From the NCBI GenBank assembly GCA_964016885.1, contig OZ024747.1:40052001-40116000 (forward strand): 64,000 bases of DNA, written 5' to 3'. The stretch's first letter is position 1. Each line of letters starts with the position of its first letter. This DNA is from Eledone cirrhosa (Eukaryota). The notes below the pieces were generated by a model, which saw only the letters and a program-made list of their open reading frames with translations, had not been told where the DNA came from and did no database searches. Shown here piece after piece: positions 44,640 to 57,210 of the stretch. A program made the translations under genes and the position numbers.

Positions 44640-46131
44640 GATTGTAAGTATGGGATCTTTGCAGGTTGGCCCTCTTTGGATACGTTTTTCTTTATTTGTT
44701 ATTAGCATCAGAGTGCATACAAAGCGGTATATGCATGAGTTTTACCTCTGGAATTGCGATAATTGACCTTATAACGTTCTAATTTAATATATGTGTGAGT
44801 GTTTTTGTGTAGAATATATGTGTATAGGGGTGGCATGTGCGGTGCATTAATATATATCTATTTATTGATCTCTCTATATATATACATAGTTGTGCGTGAC
44901 TGTATTTATGGATTATCTGTATTACGGTCTTTTACTATCTATATTTGCGTGCATTACATAGTAACGCTGGGCGTATGTATTTGCTGGATTTTATCAAGGG
45001 TTCAATAATATATCATTATATTAGCGATACTTAGGTTTGATGGGGTAATATATGAGCGGTATATTTCTCAAATCTGAATCATCATGTCCACACTAATAAA
45101 CACACAACACCAGTCAAATATCAGTGTATATAAAATGATATATCGATATATAAATATGTATGTAAATGATGTTTGTATTTTATTCGTGTATATTTAGAGG
45201 CGTAGGAGTACGGTCAATTACGCACGCTTCAAATTTTTCGAATAGCCTTGTATAATAGGTTTTTGGTTGGCATGAGTCGATTGACGTTATTTTCAATAAC
45301 AAAATATATATTAGGTAAAATAATTCAGTAGTTTATTGCGAGCGTAGAGACACATATGCACACATACACACACACATACATACATACATACATACATACC
45401 CACATACATACTCACGCATACCCACACACATACACATACATACCCACACACATACCCACACATACACACACATACCCACATACACACACATACACACACA
45501 CATACACACACATACCCACACACATACACACACATACCCACACACATACACACACATACTCACACACATGTTCGCAAGCATACCCTCATATGATTAGAAA
45601 CCTCTAGACACACACAAGTCATATTTTTTAATAAATATATTTGTCCCTTTATTTTATTCACTATTCTTAATACAATCCATCTAAGAAAAGGCAAAACAAG
45701 TAAATATTTCTAATATATGCTAATCGACCAAATTGAATCAGTAATTTTGAATAAATACCAATATATTGATTCTAAAAATAAAACAAAAACTATAGCTTAT
45801 TGACTTGAAAACTTTAAGCTTTATGTGTACGTATCCATGTGTGCTTCTTATACTGTTCTTTGTAGAAAGTATCAGCAATAATCGATAACAATATAAAGTG
45901 AATGAATTTCTGTCGTATAATCATACATATTTGCATTTGTCACTGCAGTCTTTTTACTGCACAGACTTAGACAAATATATAAGTGTATATATTGCACATA
46001 TATATCTCCATGTGTGTGTATATATATGTGTGTGTGTGGAGGGGGGGGGTGCGGTTGCTATATATATAGAGAGAGGTTATATCCATAGTGATATATCAGT
46101 CCAAAGAATGAGTTCGGTATAGAATTAGTTT

Positions 46132-46377
<246 letters not shown>

Positions 46378-46518
46378 CAACCAAAGATTAATGCGGTTCA
46401 TTGATTACTCAATGAATATAGTTTTACAATAGATTAAAAGCACTCTACAAGAAAGTGTTCTGGAGTTATTAATATTATTCAGAATATTAATAAATGAAGA
46501 CAGTCACATAATCAAAAT

Positions 46519-46588
46519 ATGTTTTATTATATATATTTCGAAGGTACTGCGTTGTTTTTTCAGTACGTTCTCGTCAGATAAAATACAT
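46519..46588 (-). ncRNA. Intact minimal type I hammerhead ribozyme (family B)
   Basis: tattttat-CTGACGA-gaa c gtactg [loop] cagtac c ttc-GAAA-tatata-TA-ataaaac. Confidence 0.85.
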
Positions 46589-46751
46589 GAATTGATGTAT
46601 GACATACCTCAACGGTCTTGATAGTTCAATTCCAGACTGCCAATACTGGAATTGAACTATCAAGACCGTTGAGGTATGTCATACATCAATTCATGTATTT
46701 TATCTGACGAGGACGTACTGAAAAAACAACACAGTACCTTCGAAATATATA

Positions 46752-46920
46752 TAATTGTTTCTACTTTAGGCACAAGGCCAACAATTACCCAGTGCATTAC
46801 TGGTACTTTATTTTATCGACCCCGTAAGGATGAAAGGCAAAGTCAACCTCGGCGAGATTTGAACTCAGATCGTAAAGGGACGTAACTATGCTGGAAAGCA
46901 TGGCGTCCGACCCTCTATCG
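46752..46920 (-). mobile_element. Family 1 SINE inserted at the hammerhead cleavage site, 16-bp TSD
   Basis: TSD tcgaaatatatataat at 46740-46755 and 46918-46933. Confidence 0.9.
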
Positions 46921-47159
46921 AAATATATATAATAAAACATATATTTTGATTATGTGACTGTCTTCATTTATTAATATTCTGAATAATATTAATAACTCCA
47001 GAAAAGTTTCTTGTAGAGTGCTTTTAATCTATTGTAAAACTATATTCATTGAGTAATCAATGAACCGCATTAATCTTTGGTTGTATATATATATATATGT
47101 ATATATAGAGAGAAAGAGAGAGAGCGAGCACAACAAATTAGTTATTTATTAATATTCTG

Positions 47160-47194
<35 letters not shown>

Positions 47195-47308
47195 AATAGC
47201 TTATCGCTCTACATGGCTGAATACAATAAATGTATAATAATAATGAATAATAATAATAATATTCGATTCGTTTGCAATTATGCAAACAGCCTCTTTAAAG
47301 CTATGTAC

Positions 47309-47396
<88 letters not shown>

Positions 47397-47442
47397 GTGT
47401 GTATGTATGTTTGTATATATATATATGTGTGTGTGTGTGTGA

Positions 47443-47541
<99 letters not shown>

Positions 47542-47829
47542 TATATATAGGCATTTATGACAATATAATGAGAAATCCGTTCAGGGTATTTAGAATTGTT
47601 GATTGAATTAGCGGCAATTTAGTCGTAATAGTGACTGCGAATGAAATGTCTTTCTAATTAAATGGTCACTTGAAATGTTCCCATACATAAAAGCGAGTAG
47701 AAATGTGACAATTTTAACTCATTCTCTTTAATTTACATGCAATTCTGTTTAATTTCCATTGCCTTCGATTGACGTATATTCTTAAAAATACAGAAAAGAA
47801 ATGTATGCCAATCACTAGTATAATAGAGT

Positions 47830-48112
47830 AGCATGGCCTAGTGGTAAAGGTGTTGGACGTATGAACATAATGTTGTGGGTTCCATTCCCGGGCTGGGTTG
47901 TGTGTTGTATTCTTGAACAAAAAAATCCATTTCACATTGCTCCAGTATACTCAGCCAAGAATGTGTATCAGCAATAGCTGGGGATTTAAGCCTACGATGA
48001 ATGGCCTCTTATCCTGGGGAGGTTTTGTACTCTCAGTCGCATCACGCCACGATATCTAGATAAACACCGCCCTGACAAACCCCTTGTCTTGAGACAGACT
48101 TTAGAGACTTTA
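47830..48112 (+). mobile_element. Old tRNA-derived CORE-like SINE
   Basis: A box tggcctagtgg, B box gggttccattccc; tail gagacagactttagagact is similar to 59030-59048. Confidence 0.6.
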
Positions 48113-48214
48113 TACTACTACACTACATTTAATGAATGCTAGGACAAGGGATAAAAATAGAGATAAAATAAATATAAATATAAAATGAAAATAGAAAAAG
48201 AAATTAGGCTGGAT

Positions 48215-49050
48215 AAGAGAAACATCAAGTGGTGTAATCCATCCTTTCAATATTCAAACCATGCGCCATTTAGCTTCTAAATTATTATCACGAAATACCC
48301 ACAAATTCCACCAAAGCTTTAACACATTTGCTCTAAAATTCTCATACTTTACCTCACCCAATCTACAACAAAGGATTAACGTGTCTAATATTTCAAAACT
48401 AAGAGTTTATGGAGTACCTGAGAATAATTCAATAGAGAACATAGTGCCTAAATTAATTCCCTATACTAGACGACTTACGAATTCACTAAATCATACAAAC
48501 AATGTTAGTAGCAGTACCAAAAAGACGGAGGAGTTTACAAGTATAAATGGAATTTCTAAAATTAAACCACATACTATTATTAACCTTGATAGTACCGATA
48601 ATATTACCTATATCAGCTTTGAATATCGTAGAAAAACTGAGCAAGTACTTGCGAATAAGGGCACTAATCGTAAAACCTATCATATCCGTGATTCCTCTAT
48701 TTATTCAAGATGACCACCGTAGAGGTAAAGTAAATTGCCCACTTAAAGGAAACTGTCTAATTATCTGTGTAGTATATAAATGTAAACTTCTTGTTAAATT
48801 CTTTTAAAAGCATATTTTACTCACCATTCATTTAAACAGAATAGACTGGCAAATAAATCATCATTAGCAGAAACTAGTAACCAGAACATGAAATCTAACA
48901 TAGAATGAGGCATTATAAAAAGAAAAGCCATGCCCTATTGGTAAGGTAGTAGAGAATGGCCATTATGCTCCTAGGAGGTATTACAAATCATCACTTCCAA
49001 GAAATCTTTACCAAGTTAAAAACAAGAATTAGTATCTTATAATCACAAGA
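48215..49050 (+). mobile_element. Decayed Penelope-like element of a second lineage (linker plus GIY-YIG region)
   Basis: KRNIKWCNPSF (WFNPP-type), HKFHQSFNTFALKFSYFTSPN, VNCPLKGNCLIICVVYKC, IIKRKAMPY..GSREWPLCS.E...KQELVSYNH, with stops and frameshifts. Confidence 0.75.
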
Positions 49051-49571
49051 TACTACAACCATACCTAGTAATTAGCATCAGTATAGTCTCCTGGATGAAA
49101 TATTACTTTCCCATATCTCCGTGACTCTACAAATGTACACATTTCTTCCACTGGACACTTACGTAGTTATTACTGAACTTGAAATACATAATTCCGCGAA
49201 TACAATTGAAACAAAGGATAAGAATTTTACGTGTTAAATTTTTACATCAATTTGTTTATTTATATATTCATTATTTAATATTTATCATGTTTCATCTATA
49301 TTTAATCTACCTCTTTACCAGCGTAGTTACTTATGTAAAACAAATAGTGCGTGTAAAACGAGAACGCATATGTACATTTATATGTATATCTATATGTGAG
49401 TATGAAATATAAGACATTTGGGTATATTGTAATCATATTTATAAAATATTCATAATTATACGATGATAGATTTATATTTGGTACATGAATTGAAACGCTA
49501 ACGTACATTCACTTGCAGGTGTATGGAAGTTTGAGTATGTATGTATAATTATATGTGTTTGTGTATTTGTA

Positions 49572-49605
<34 letters not shown>

Positions 49606-49962
49606 GCTATATATATATATATATAGAGACCTGTGCGAAATTCCTTCCTTGCTCACATTTCAACCAGGTTTGATGGTCTTTATTCTCTCGTTCACGATTC
49701 CACCGAATTTATATTCATAGAAATCTGGGACTTGTTTCCTTCTTCCTCTCTTTCTGCTGCTTAAACCATTTTGTTTGTTTACCCTAGCGTCCCCTTTATT
49801 TACGTGTCCCAACGACTTTTTTTTAGCCGTTGCTCGCACCAACCTGAGGTAGATGGCCTTTAATGCGGCGAAATGCCTACGACGGTTGGATGGCCACTGA
49901 TGAGGACAAACTTTTTCATATGTAACCCATTTGCAGCGCCGCAGCTCCATTATTATCATATT

Positions 49963-50021
<59 letters not shown>

Positions 50022-50023
<2 letters not shown>

Positions 50024-50216
50024 TTAATATAGATGAGATTCTACAGGACTAGAACTGTTCCATTCTTTAGAAATCATCAGTGATTCCTGATGATTTCTAA
50101 AGAATGAAACAGTTCTAGTCCTGTAGAGTCTGACCTATATTAAAAATGTTATACTCTGCTATGTATTGAGTACCTTATTTACTGTGGTTACCTCCGATTC
50201 AACCCGGAAGAACTTA

Positions 50217-50220
<4 letters not shown>
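50022..50220. mobile_element. Family E fold-back element between (TA)n tracts
   Basis: Arms 50022-50080 / 50087-50144 with a 6-nt spacer; CTGATGA(50087)-t ttct aa agaa t-GAAA(50106) begins exactly at the inversion point. Confidence 0.8.
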
Positions 50221-50296
<76 letters not shown>

Positions 50297-50535
50297 CGAG
50301 CAGCCAAATGTATATATACACTATATATATAAAGTTACTTTAATTACATTTATATACAGACAAAATGAAAATTCCTGTTTCTACATATTTGTATAAGTAC
50401 AAACGTGTACTTTTGTTTGCTTTGTTAATATATGAGTATATATCCATACAACAGTGTATGAACGACTGTATGTATATATGTGTGAGTGAGTGTGTGTTTG
50501 TATTTATAGGTATTGCCTATATATGTGCATGTATG

Positions 50536-50614
<79 letters not shown>

Positions 50615-50638
50615 TATATATATATATATATATTCTAT

Positions 50639-50697
<59 letters not shown>

Positions 50698-50843
50698 TAT
50701 ATGTATATATATATGTATGTATATATATATATATATGTATGTATATATATATATATATATACGTATACATATATATATATACATGTATATATATATATAT
50801 ACATATATATATGTATATACATATATATATATATATATATAGA

Positions 50844-50934
<91 letters not shown>

Positions 50935-50964
50935 TATATACATATAAATATACATATATATATA

Positions 50965-51012
50965 TTGAACTTATGTATATAAATAATGTTATGTTGTATT
51001 TTTTCATGTGGT

Positions 51013-51068
<56 letters not shown>

Positions 51069-51115
51069 CCACATGAAAAAATACAACATAACATTGTTTA
51101 TATACATAAGTTCAA
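50965..51115. repeat. Inverted duplication with 49-bp arms centred on (TA)n
   Basis: 50965-51013 vs 51067-51115, one mismatch. Confidence 0.9.
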
Positions 51116-51237
51116 AGTCTGAGTTCAAATCCCGCCGATGTTAACTTTGCCTTACATCCTTACGGGGTCGATAAAATAAAGTACCAGTAATGTACTGGGT
51201 AATTGCTGGCCTTGTGTCAAAAGTAGAAGCAATTATT
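51116..51237 (+). mobile_element. 5'-truncated family 1 SINE about 220 bp upstream of the TH exon
   Basis: Consensus match; TSD-like tttatatacataag at 51097 and 51236. Confidence 0.88.
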
Positions 51238-51453
51238 TATATACATAAGATAGCAAGAGATGGAACAAAAATAGATATTTACATCAAAAGCTGTTACACC
51301 TCATTTTCCTTGATTATTAACGCAATGAATTTCTTGCTCGCTAATTGTGTAAATAATCAATATTACTGACTGAATGCACTACCTTTAACTACGTTAGGCT
51401 CTAATTTACAGCATATTTATATAATATCTGTTTCATTTCATTTTTATTTGCAG

Positions 51454-51690
51454 CACGGTGGAAATTGGCGGAGGAAAAGTCTCATAGAAGATGCTCGATT
51501 TGAAACGGTCACCAATGCTGAGTTTGAGCGTTCTGAGGGTAGAAGGTTGGGTGAATGCATATCAGAAGAGACGGAACAGTTTAATGGAGAAGGGAAATCT
51601 CGCCTGGAAGTGGAAACTTCCCGCTTCTCTTTACTCGTGACCTTGAAAGAGCAGATGACATCCCTAGCTGATATCATGAAGGTTTTTGAG
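51454..51690 (+). CDS. TH: Internal coding exon of tyrosine hydroxylase (N-terminal regulatory segment plus start of ACT domain), 79 codons, phase 0/0
   Basis: Polypyrimidine acceptor tttcatttcatttttatttgcag| and perfect donor GAG|gtaagt. Translation HGGNWRRKSLIEDARFETVTNAEFE...SLLVTLKEQMTSLADIMKVFE matches recalled TH motifs (mammalian RRQSLIEDAR Ser40 site, Drosophila pale RRRSLVDDARFE, ACT motif ending KVFE). No other TH exons confidently found in the window. Confidence 0.9.
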
Positions 51691-52406
51691 GTAAGTAAAG
51701 AACGACCATTGTACATGCATCTAAACGTTTATATAGCCTATTACACCGAAACACAAAAAAATCAGAAACAGACCTCATAAAATTCAAACAGTCTATGGAC
51801 AAAGTCCTCCAGGAATTTCCAGATAAACTCCCTACAGATATGTCTGAAAACAATAACTCTCTAAATGAGTGAGATATGGTGCCTAAATAATGTATTGAAA
51901 GGCTTCGCTAGGTGGCGCTATTGAATTAGACATTCCTTGGCCAATAAGGCTGAAACCTATAAAAAGTTAGCAAAATTATATATATATATATATATATATC
52001 ATAACACACACACACATATTTATATACTGTGTCGTTTGCTTTGTTATTTCCGTTTACTTTTTGCATATATATATATGCATGTCTGTGTAGGTGTGTGCGT
52101 TATACATTCGCATGATTTAAGAATCTATTAATGTACCAATGTGATATGCTTCTTAAAAAAGTATTCAAGTGTCAAATCGTTTAGATTATGAAAATGATCA
52201 TCGATTAGGCTGCTGTTTGTCCGAACAAATGCAAAATACTTCAAACAATTCAAACAATTATAACTAATGGCGGATATCAACAGCACTTCAGCTACTATTT
52301 TGTTTCGTTCTCAAGTGGTCCTGTTTTTCATCAGCCCATATAGATGAAATTCTATTGACTTTCCTTGAATTTCCTTTTCCATTCTACTGATGCACAAGCA
52401 CAGACT

Positions 52407-52516
52407 CTTCTTCTTCTTCTTCTTCTTCTTCTTCTTCTTCTTCTTCTTCTTCTTCTTCTTCTTCTTCTTCTTCTTCTTCTTCTTCTTCTTCTTCTTCTTC
52501 TTCTTCTTCTTCTTCT
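52407..52516. repeat. (CTT)n microsatellite
   Basis: Direct inspection. Confidence 0.95.
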
Positions 52517-53372
52517 GGGAGAGTTGTACAAGAACATTCGTTTCCATAACTTACGATAGGAATGGACCTCTATCAGTTTAAATAATGGATGCACCGGTTG
52601 TTCTCAGCGAGATTCAGCATGTCACAGCTGGTGTCAACGCTGGTCTTCTGAATTGCAAGTTCAGTCCATCCAACAGATTTCCAAAACAACTTCCGACTAA
52701 GAAATAACACTCTGAAGGCGTGGAAATAACACTCTGAAGGCTATGGTAAATACTACTTGCCCAAATGTAATAGAATGAGATCAAACATGGGATCTTATGA
52801 TTGTGATTGCGAAGCGGACTTCGTAAACAGCACTCGGCCATGCATAATCAACAAACATACAACGGGTTAAGTTACCAGCATAGACTTCGTATTCAGCGAG
52901 TAAAAATATTTGTCTTCACATATATAAAGCGAACTGGGAAGTCCCATACTCCATCGTTTCTAGGATAAATTAAATGTAAACTGTAATTATTTACTATATT
53001 GGACAAAAGTTGCATCTTAACAGATTTACGTATTTATTCTATTCAACTTAAATACCAGTTTGTATACAGAAAATGAGTATTTAGAAAATGTAAGTGGAGG
53101 AAGAAGACAAATGTATATTATTATGTTTGTATTTATATATATTTTGTAATGATATACTTGATTGGCTTAAATAAATCGATTCCATGTTCATAGTTCATTG
53201 GTATGTATATGTGGGAGTATAGTGTATGTGACTGCTTATATGTTTATTCATTAATATATATGTCACATGCTTCTGATATTCTCAGACGTGGCATCTTTAA
53301 TCTAATTTTGGTAGTATATATATATAGAGAGAGTATATATATATATATATATACAGTATATATATATATACA

Positions 53373-53476
<104 letters not shown>

Positions 53477-53919
53477 ATATATATACATATATATACATAT
53501 ATATATATATGTATGTATATACATATATATACATATATATACATATATATACACATATATACATATATATACATATATATATATATGTATATACATATGT
53601 ATATATATATATATATATTAGTTTATATTTAAACGTGCATATGTAAGTACACGCATACATATGTACATAGATACTTACATACTACATACGTACATATATA
53701 ATACATACATACACGCCCACATACATAGACACTTACATACACACACACACATACATACTTGCATACATACATATATACATACATACACACAGGTGTGTGC
53801 GATTAGTGTTAAATCGCTTCGATTTGCTCAGGATGGCGGAATTGTGCAAAGACATATGAATACATTTTTATTGGAAGGGGAAGATATTTCTTTTCCTTAT
53901 TTATTTATATATGATATAT

Positions 53920-53984
<65 letters not shown>

Positions 53985-53991
53985 TAACATT

Positions 53992-54030
<39 letters not shown>

Positions 54031-54076
54031 ATTTGTGTGTCCACGTGTGTATGTGTTTGTAAGTGTGTGTATGTAT

Positions 54077-54126
<50 letters not shown>

Positions 54127-54980
54127 CATTTATATATATATGTACATGCGTGTGTGTGCGCGTGTGTGTGTGTGTATTTGTGTGTCCACGTGTGCGCGCG
54201 TGTGTGTATGTGTTTGTATGTGTGTGTGTATTTGGTTGTTTCACTTTTTTCATTTGTAGTTTCCATTAGCTCTATTAACAGCAGCAGCACCCACTTTCCT
54301 ATGGAACTGTCTTAGAAAGTTTCTATTCCGTTACACAATGTTGCATTTCTCTCTCAATAGCATTCTTTGTTGCTATACATCTCATCCTCCTCTACGAACG
54401 ATCACTTCGCCATTGTTCGTCCGTTTGTGTATTCTAATGTTTTTTTTGTTTTGTTGTTGTTTTTGTGGCTTTTGTGTCGTTTCTTCAATTTTGGCTCCGT
54501 TTTTTGTTGCCTTTACTGTTTCGTTGTCTTAAACATTCATTTTGTTTTCTTTTGTTTGCATTTTGTTGTTCATTTTGTTGATGCTGTTCTTTCACAAATA
54601 AGTTGCTTGTATGTATTAAGAACCAGCTGCCGGTTAAATAATATTATTGTTCGGAATGTATACATATTTATGAAAAGACACACATATATATACACATATA
54701 ATTATACATAGAAATATATATACATATATTTTGTATGTATGTATATGTATCTGTGAGTGTGCGTAAGCATATTTATATGTCTCTAAATATGTATGCTTAC
54801 CTCTATCTATCTGATATAAATATAAATAATGGATGAGAATATATTATTTTTCAGTGAACAATTCTATTTATTTTAAATATCTGCACTATATACACTATAT
54901 ATATATATATATTAATAAAATATGCATAAATGTACGTATGGATGTGGTAGTATAATTATAAATATATACATATATATATA

Positions 54981-55067
<87 letters not shown>

Positions 55068-55090
55068 ATATATATGTGTGTGTGTATATA

Positions 55091-55174
<84 letters not shown>

Positions 55175-55186
55175 TGTGTGTGTATA

Positions 55187-55247
<61 letters not shown>

Positions 55248-55573
55248 TTATCTATGGTCACATCCCGATATATGTCGCAAATCCTCCTGCATATATATAG
55301 AGAGAGAGAATGAGAGAGAGATAGATATATATGCATTCATGGTCCTGTATCTCCTGAGGTCTGAATACAGCAGATATCTTCCAGAGAAGAATAGTGAGTG
55401 ACAAAATAGGGGTGAGAAAGAAACCTAGAGGAGGAATCGCCCCCAGTATTTGACTAGTACTTATTTTATCGATGGATGAAAGGCAAAGTTGATCTCGGTG
55501 GGATATGAACTCAGAGAACAGAAGATGCCGAAATCAATACCACAAACCATTCTATCCGACGTTATATACTATA

Positions 55574-55603
<30 letters not shown>

Positions 55604-55609
<6 letters not shown>

Positions 55610-56140
55610 CATTTTCGCTCTACATGGCTGAATACAATAAATGTAATTTGAGTTTTTCGAATATTAATAATAACATTCGATTCGTTTGCAATTATGCAAA
55701 CAAGCAGCAATTTGATAGCCATGTCAGTAGAATGAACACTTCATTCTTGCCCTTGTGTTGGCATGCGAAAAGAACTGCAGACACTAATGTTTCTGGGTAT
55801 CACCCTTCATCAGTACAGCTCACTGTTCACCTGCCAAACTGTCAGAGCTAGTGAAAATATGTGCTATTTTCAAAAATACACAGTGACTGATCGGCCTGAT
55901 TTTCATATTAACAGATTGGCTGATCAGTCAGATCTGCATATTAGCAGATCCACTGATCAGCCAGATTTGCATATCAGCAGACTGGCCAGTCAGTTTCCTG
56001 TATACGAGCGATAAATGACCGGCTTTACCAAATTCAAATAAAAAAAAAAATGTTAAAAATGATTTTAAAAAATTATTAACATTCAAAAAACTCAGATTAC
56101 ATTTATTGTATTCAGCCATGTAGAGCGAAATTTTCTTTTT
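55604..56140. mobile_element. MITE-like element with about 60-bp terminal inverted repeats and an internal about 33-bp triple repeat
   Basis: tttcgctctacatggctgaatacaataaatgtaat at 55613 is mirrored at about 56096-56130; left end also found at 47205-47290; no TSD resolved. Confidence 0.6.
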
Positions 56141-56633
56141 TACAAGAGCAAAAATGAAGGGTTCATTCTACTGCCTTTGTTAATTTTCTTTAGTGACAAG
56201 GTATGCAACTGTGCAGAATGGAGCTCTGCCGTTGCCTAATACTTCATGGTGAGAAAAGGGAACCAAAGAAGATTATTAGAGATCATCAGATTTTTAAACC
56301 CAGTATGGAGAAATAGGATCCTTTATATATACATATAATCATTTCACCAGGTGTACGGAATGATTTGTAAGTACATATGGCTATGTTGAGAGTTTCATCT
56401 ATAAAATCAGACTCGATGCGTTTGGTTTCTACATATATTTTAATTTATATATATATATATTAAATTAGTATTTTTCAACCTAGCTAACTTGGTCATTTGC
56501 AATTGGAACACATGTATACTTGTATCAGTGTTCATCCCTCTCATATATTCACTTGTATTACACGGCTCAGAAAGGTTTCCTTCCTTGAGCTATTTAATAG
56601 TAAAAGACTATTTTGAGTTTCTAACTCAATCTA

Positions 56634-56707
<74 letters not shown>

Positions 56708-56716
56708 CATAGATAT

Positions 56717-56766
<50 letters not shown>

Positions 56767-56774
<8 letters not shown>

Positions 56775-57210
56775 TAAATGGAAACTATATTTATAAAACC
56801 ATAATTATTTTATTATATATATTTCAAGGGCAACCAAGGCAAATTTTGGTGCGCTTTCATCAGATAAAATACAAATTTGTTTTATAAATATTTACATACC
56901 CGCATAAAGACAACCTTAACGGTTGAGGTTCGCTGGATAGACTATCCAGCGAACCTCAACCGTTAAGGTTGTCTTTATGCGGGTATGTCAATATTTATAA
57001 AACAAATTTGTATTTTATCTGATGAAAGCGCACCAAAATTTGCCTTGGTTGCCCTTGAAATATATATAATAAAATAATTGTCGTTTTATAAATATAGTTT
57101 CCATTTATTAATATATTGAATATTTACTCCACCCATTGTTGAGTGCTTTATATCAGTTATAAAAATGTTTAAGCTTGTTGAATCCCAACAAATTAAATAT
57201 AACCTCTGCA
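56767..57210. mobile_element. Family A fold-back element: near-perfect palindrome (about 174-bp arms, 1-nt centre at 56941) plus 3' tail, flanked by (TA)n
   Basis: cgctggatag-a-ctatccagcg; right arm and tail match window positions 23-225. Confidence 0.92.
57008..57078 (+). ncRNA. Intact minimal type I hammerhead ribozyme (family A); mirror copy on the minus strand at 56804-56874
   Basis: tattttat-CTGATGA(57019)-aag c gcaccaa..ttggt t gc c ctt-GAAA(57057)-tatata-TA-ataaaata. Confidence 0.85.

Noticed and set aside
45268-45292. AP-1-like tgagtc and CRE-like tgacgt pair
   Set aside because: Both imperfect; such hexamers are expected by chance and no TSS evidence.
46636-46645. Palindrome spacer actgccaata matching the SINE 5' end
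   Set aside because: A 9-nt match is too short to distinguish from chance.
49660-49959. 99-aa non-repetitive minus-strand ORF
   Set aside because: No recognisable domain or splice signals; cannot be supported without a search.
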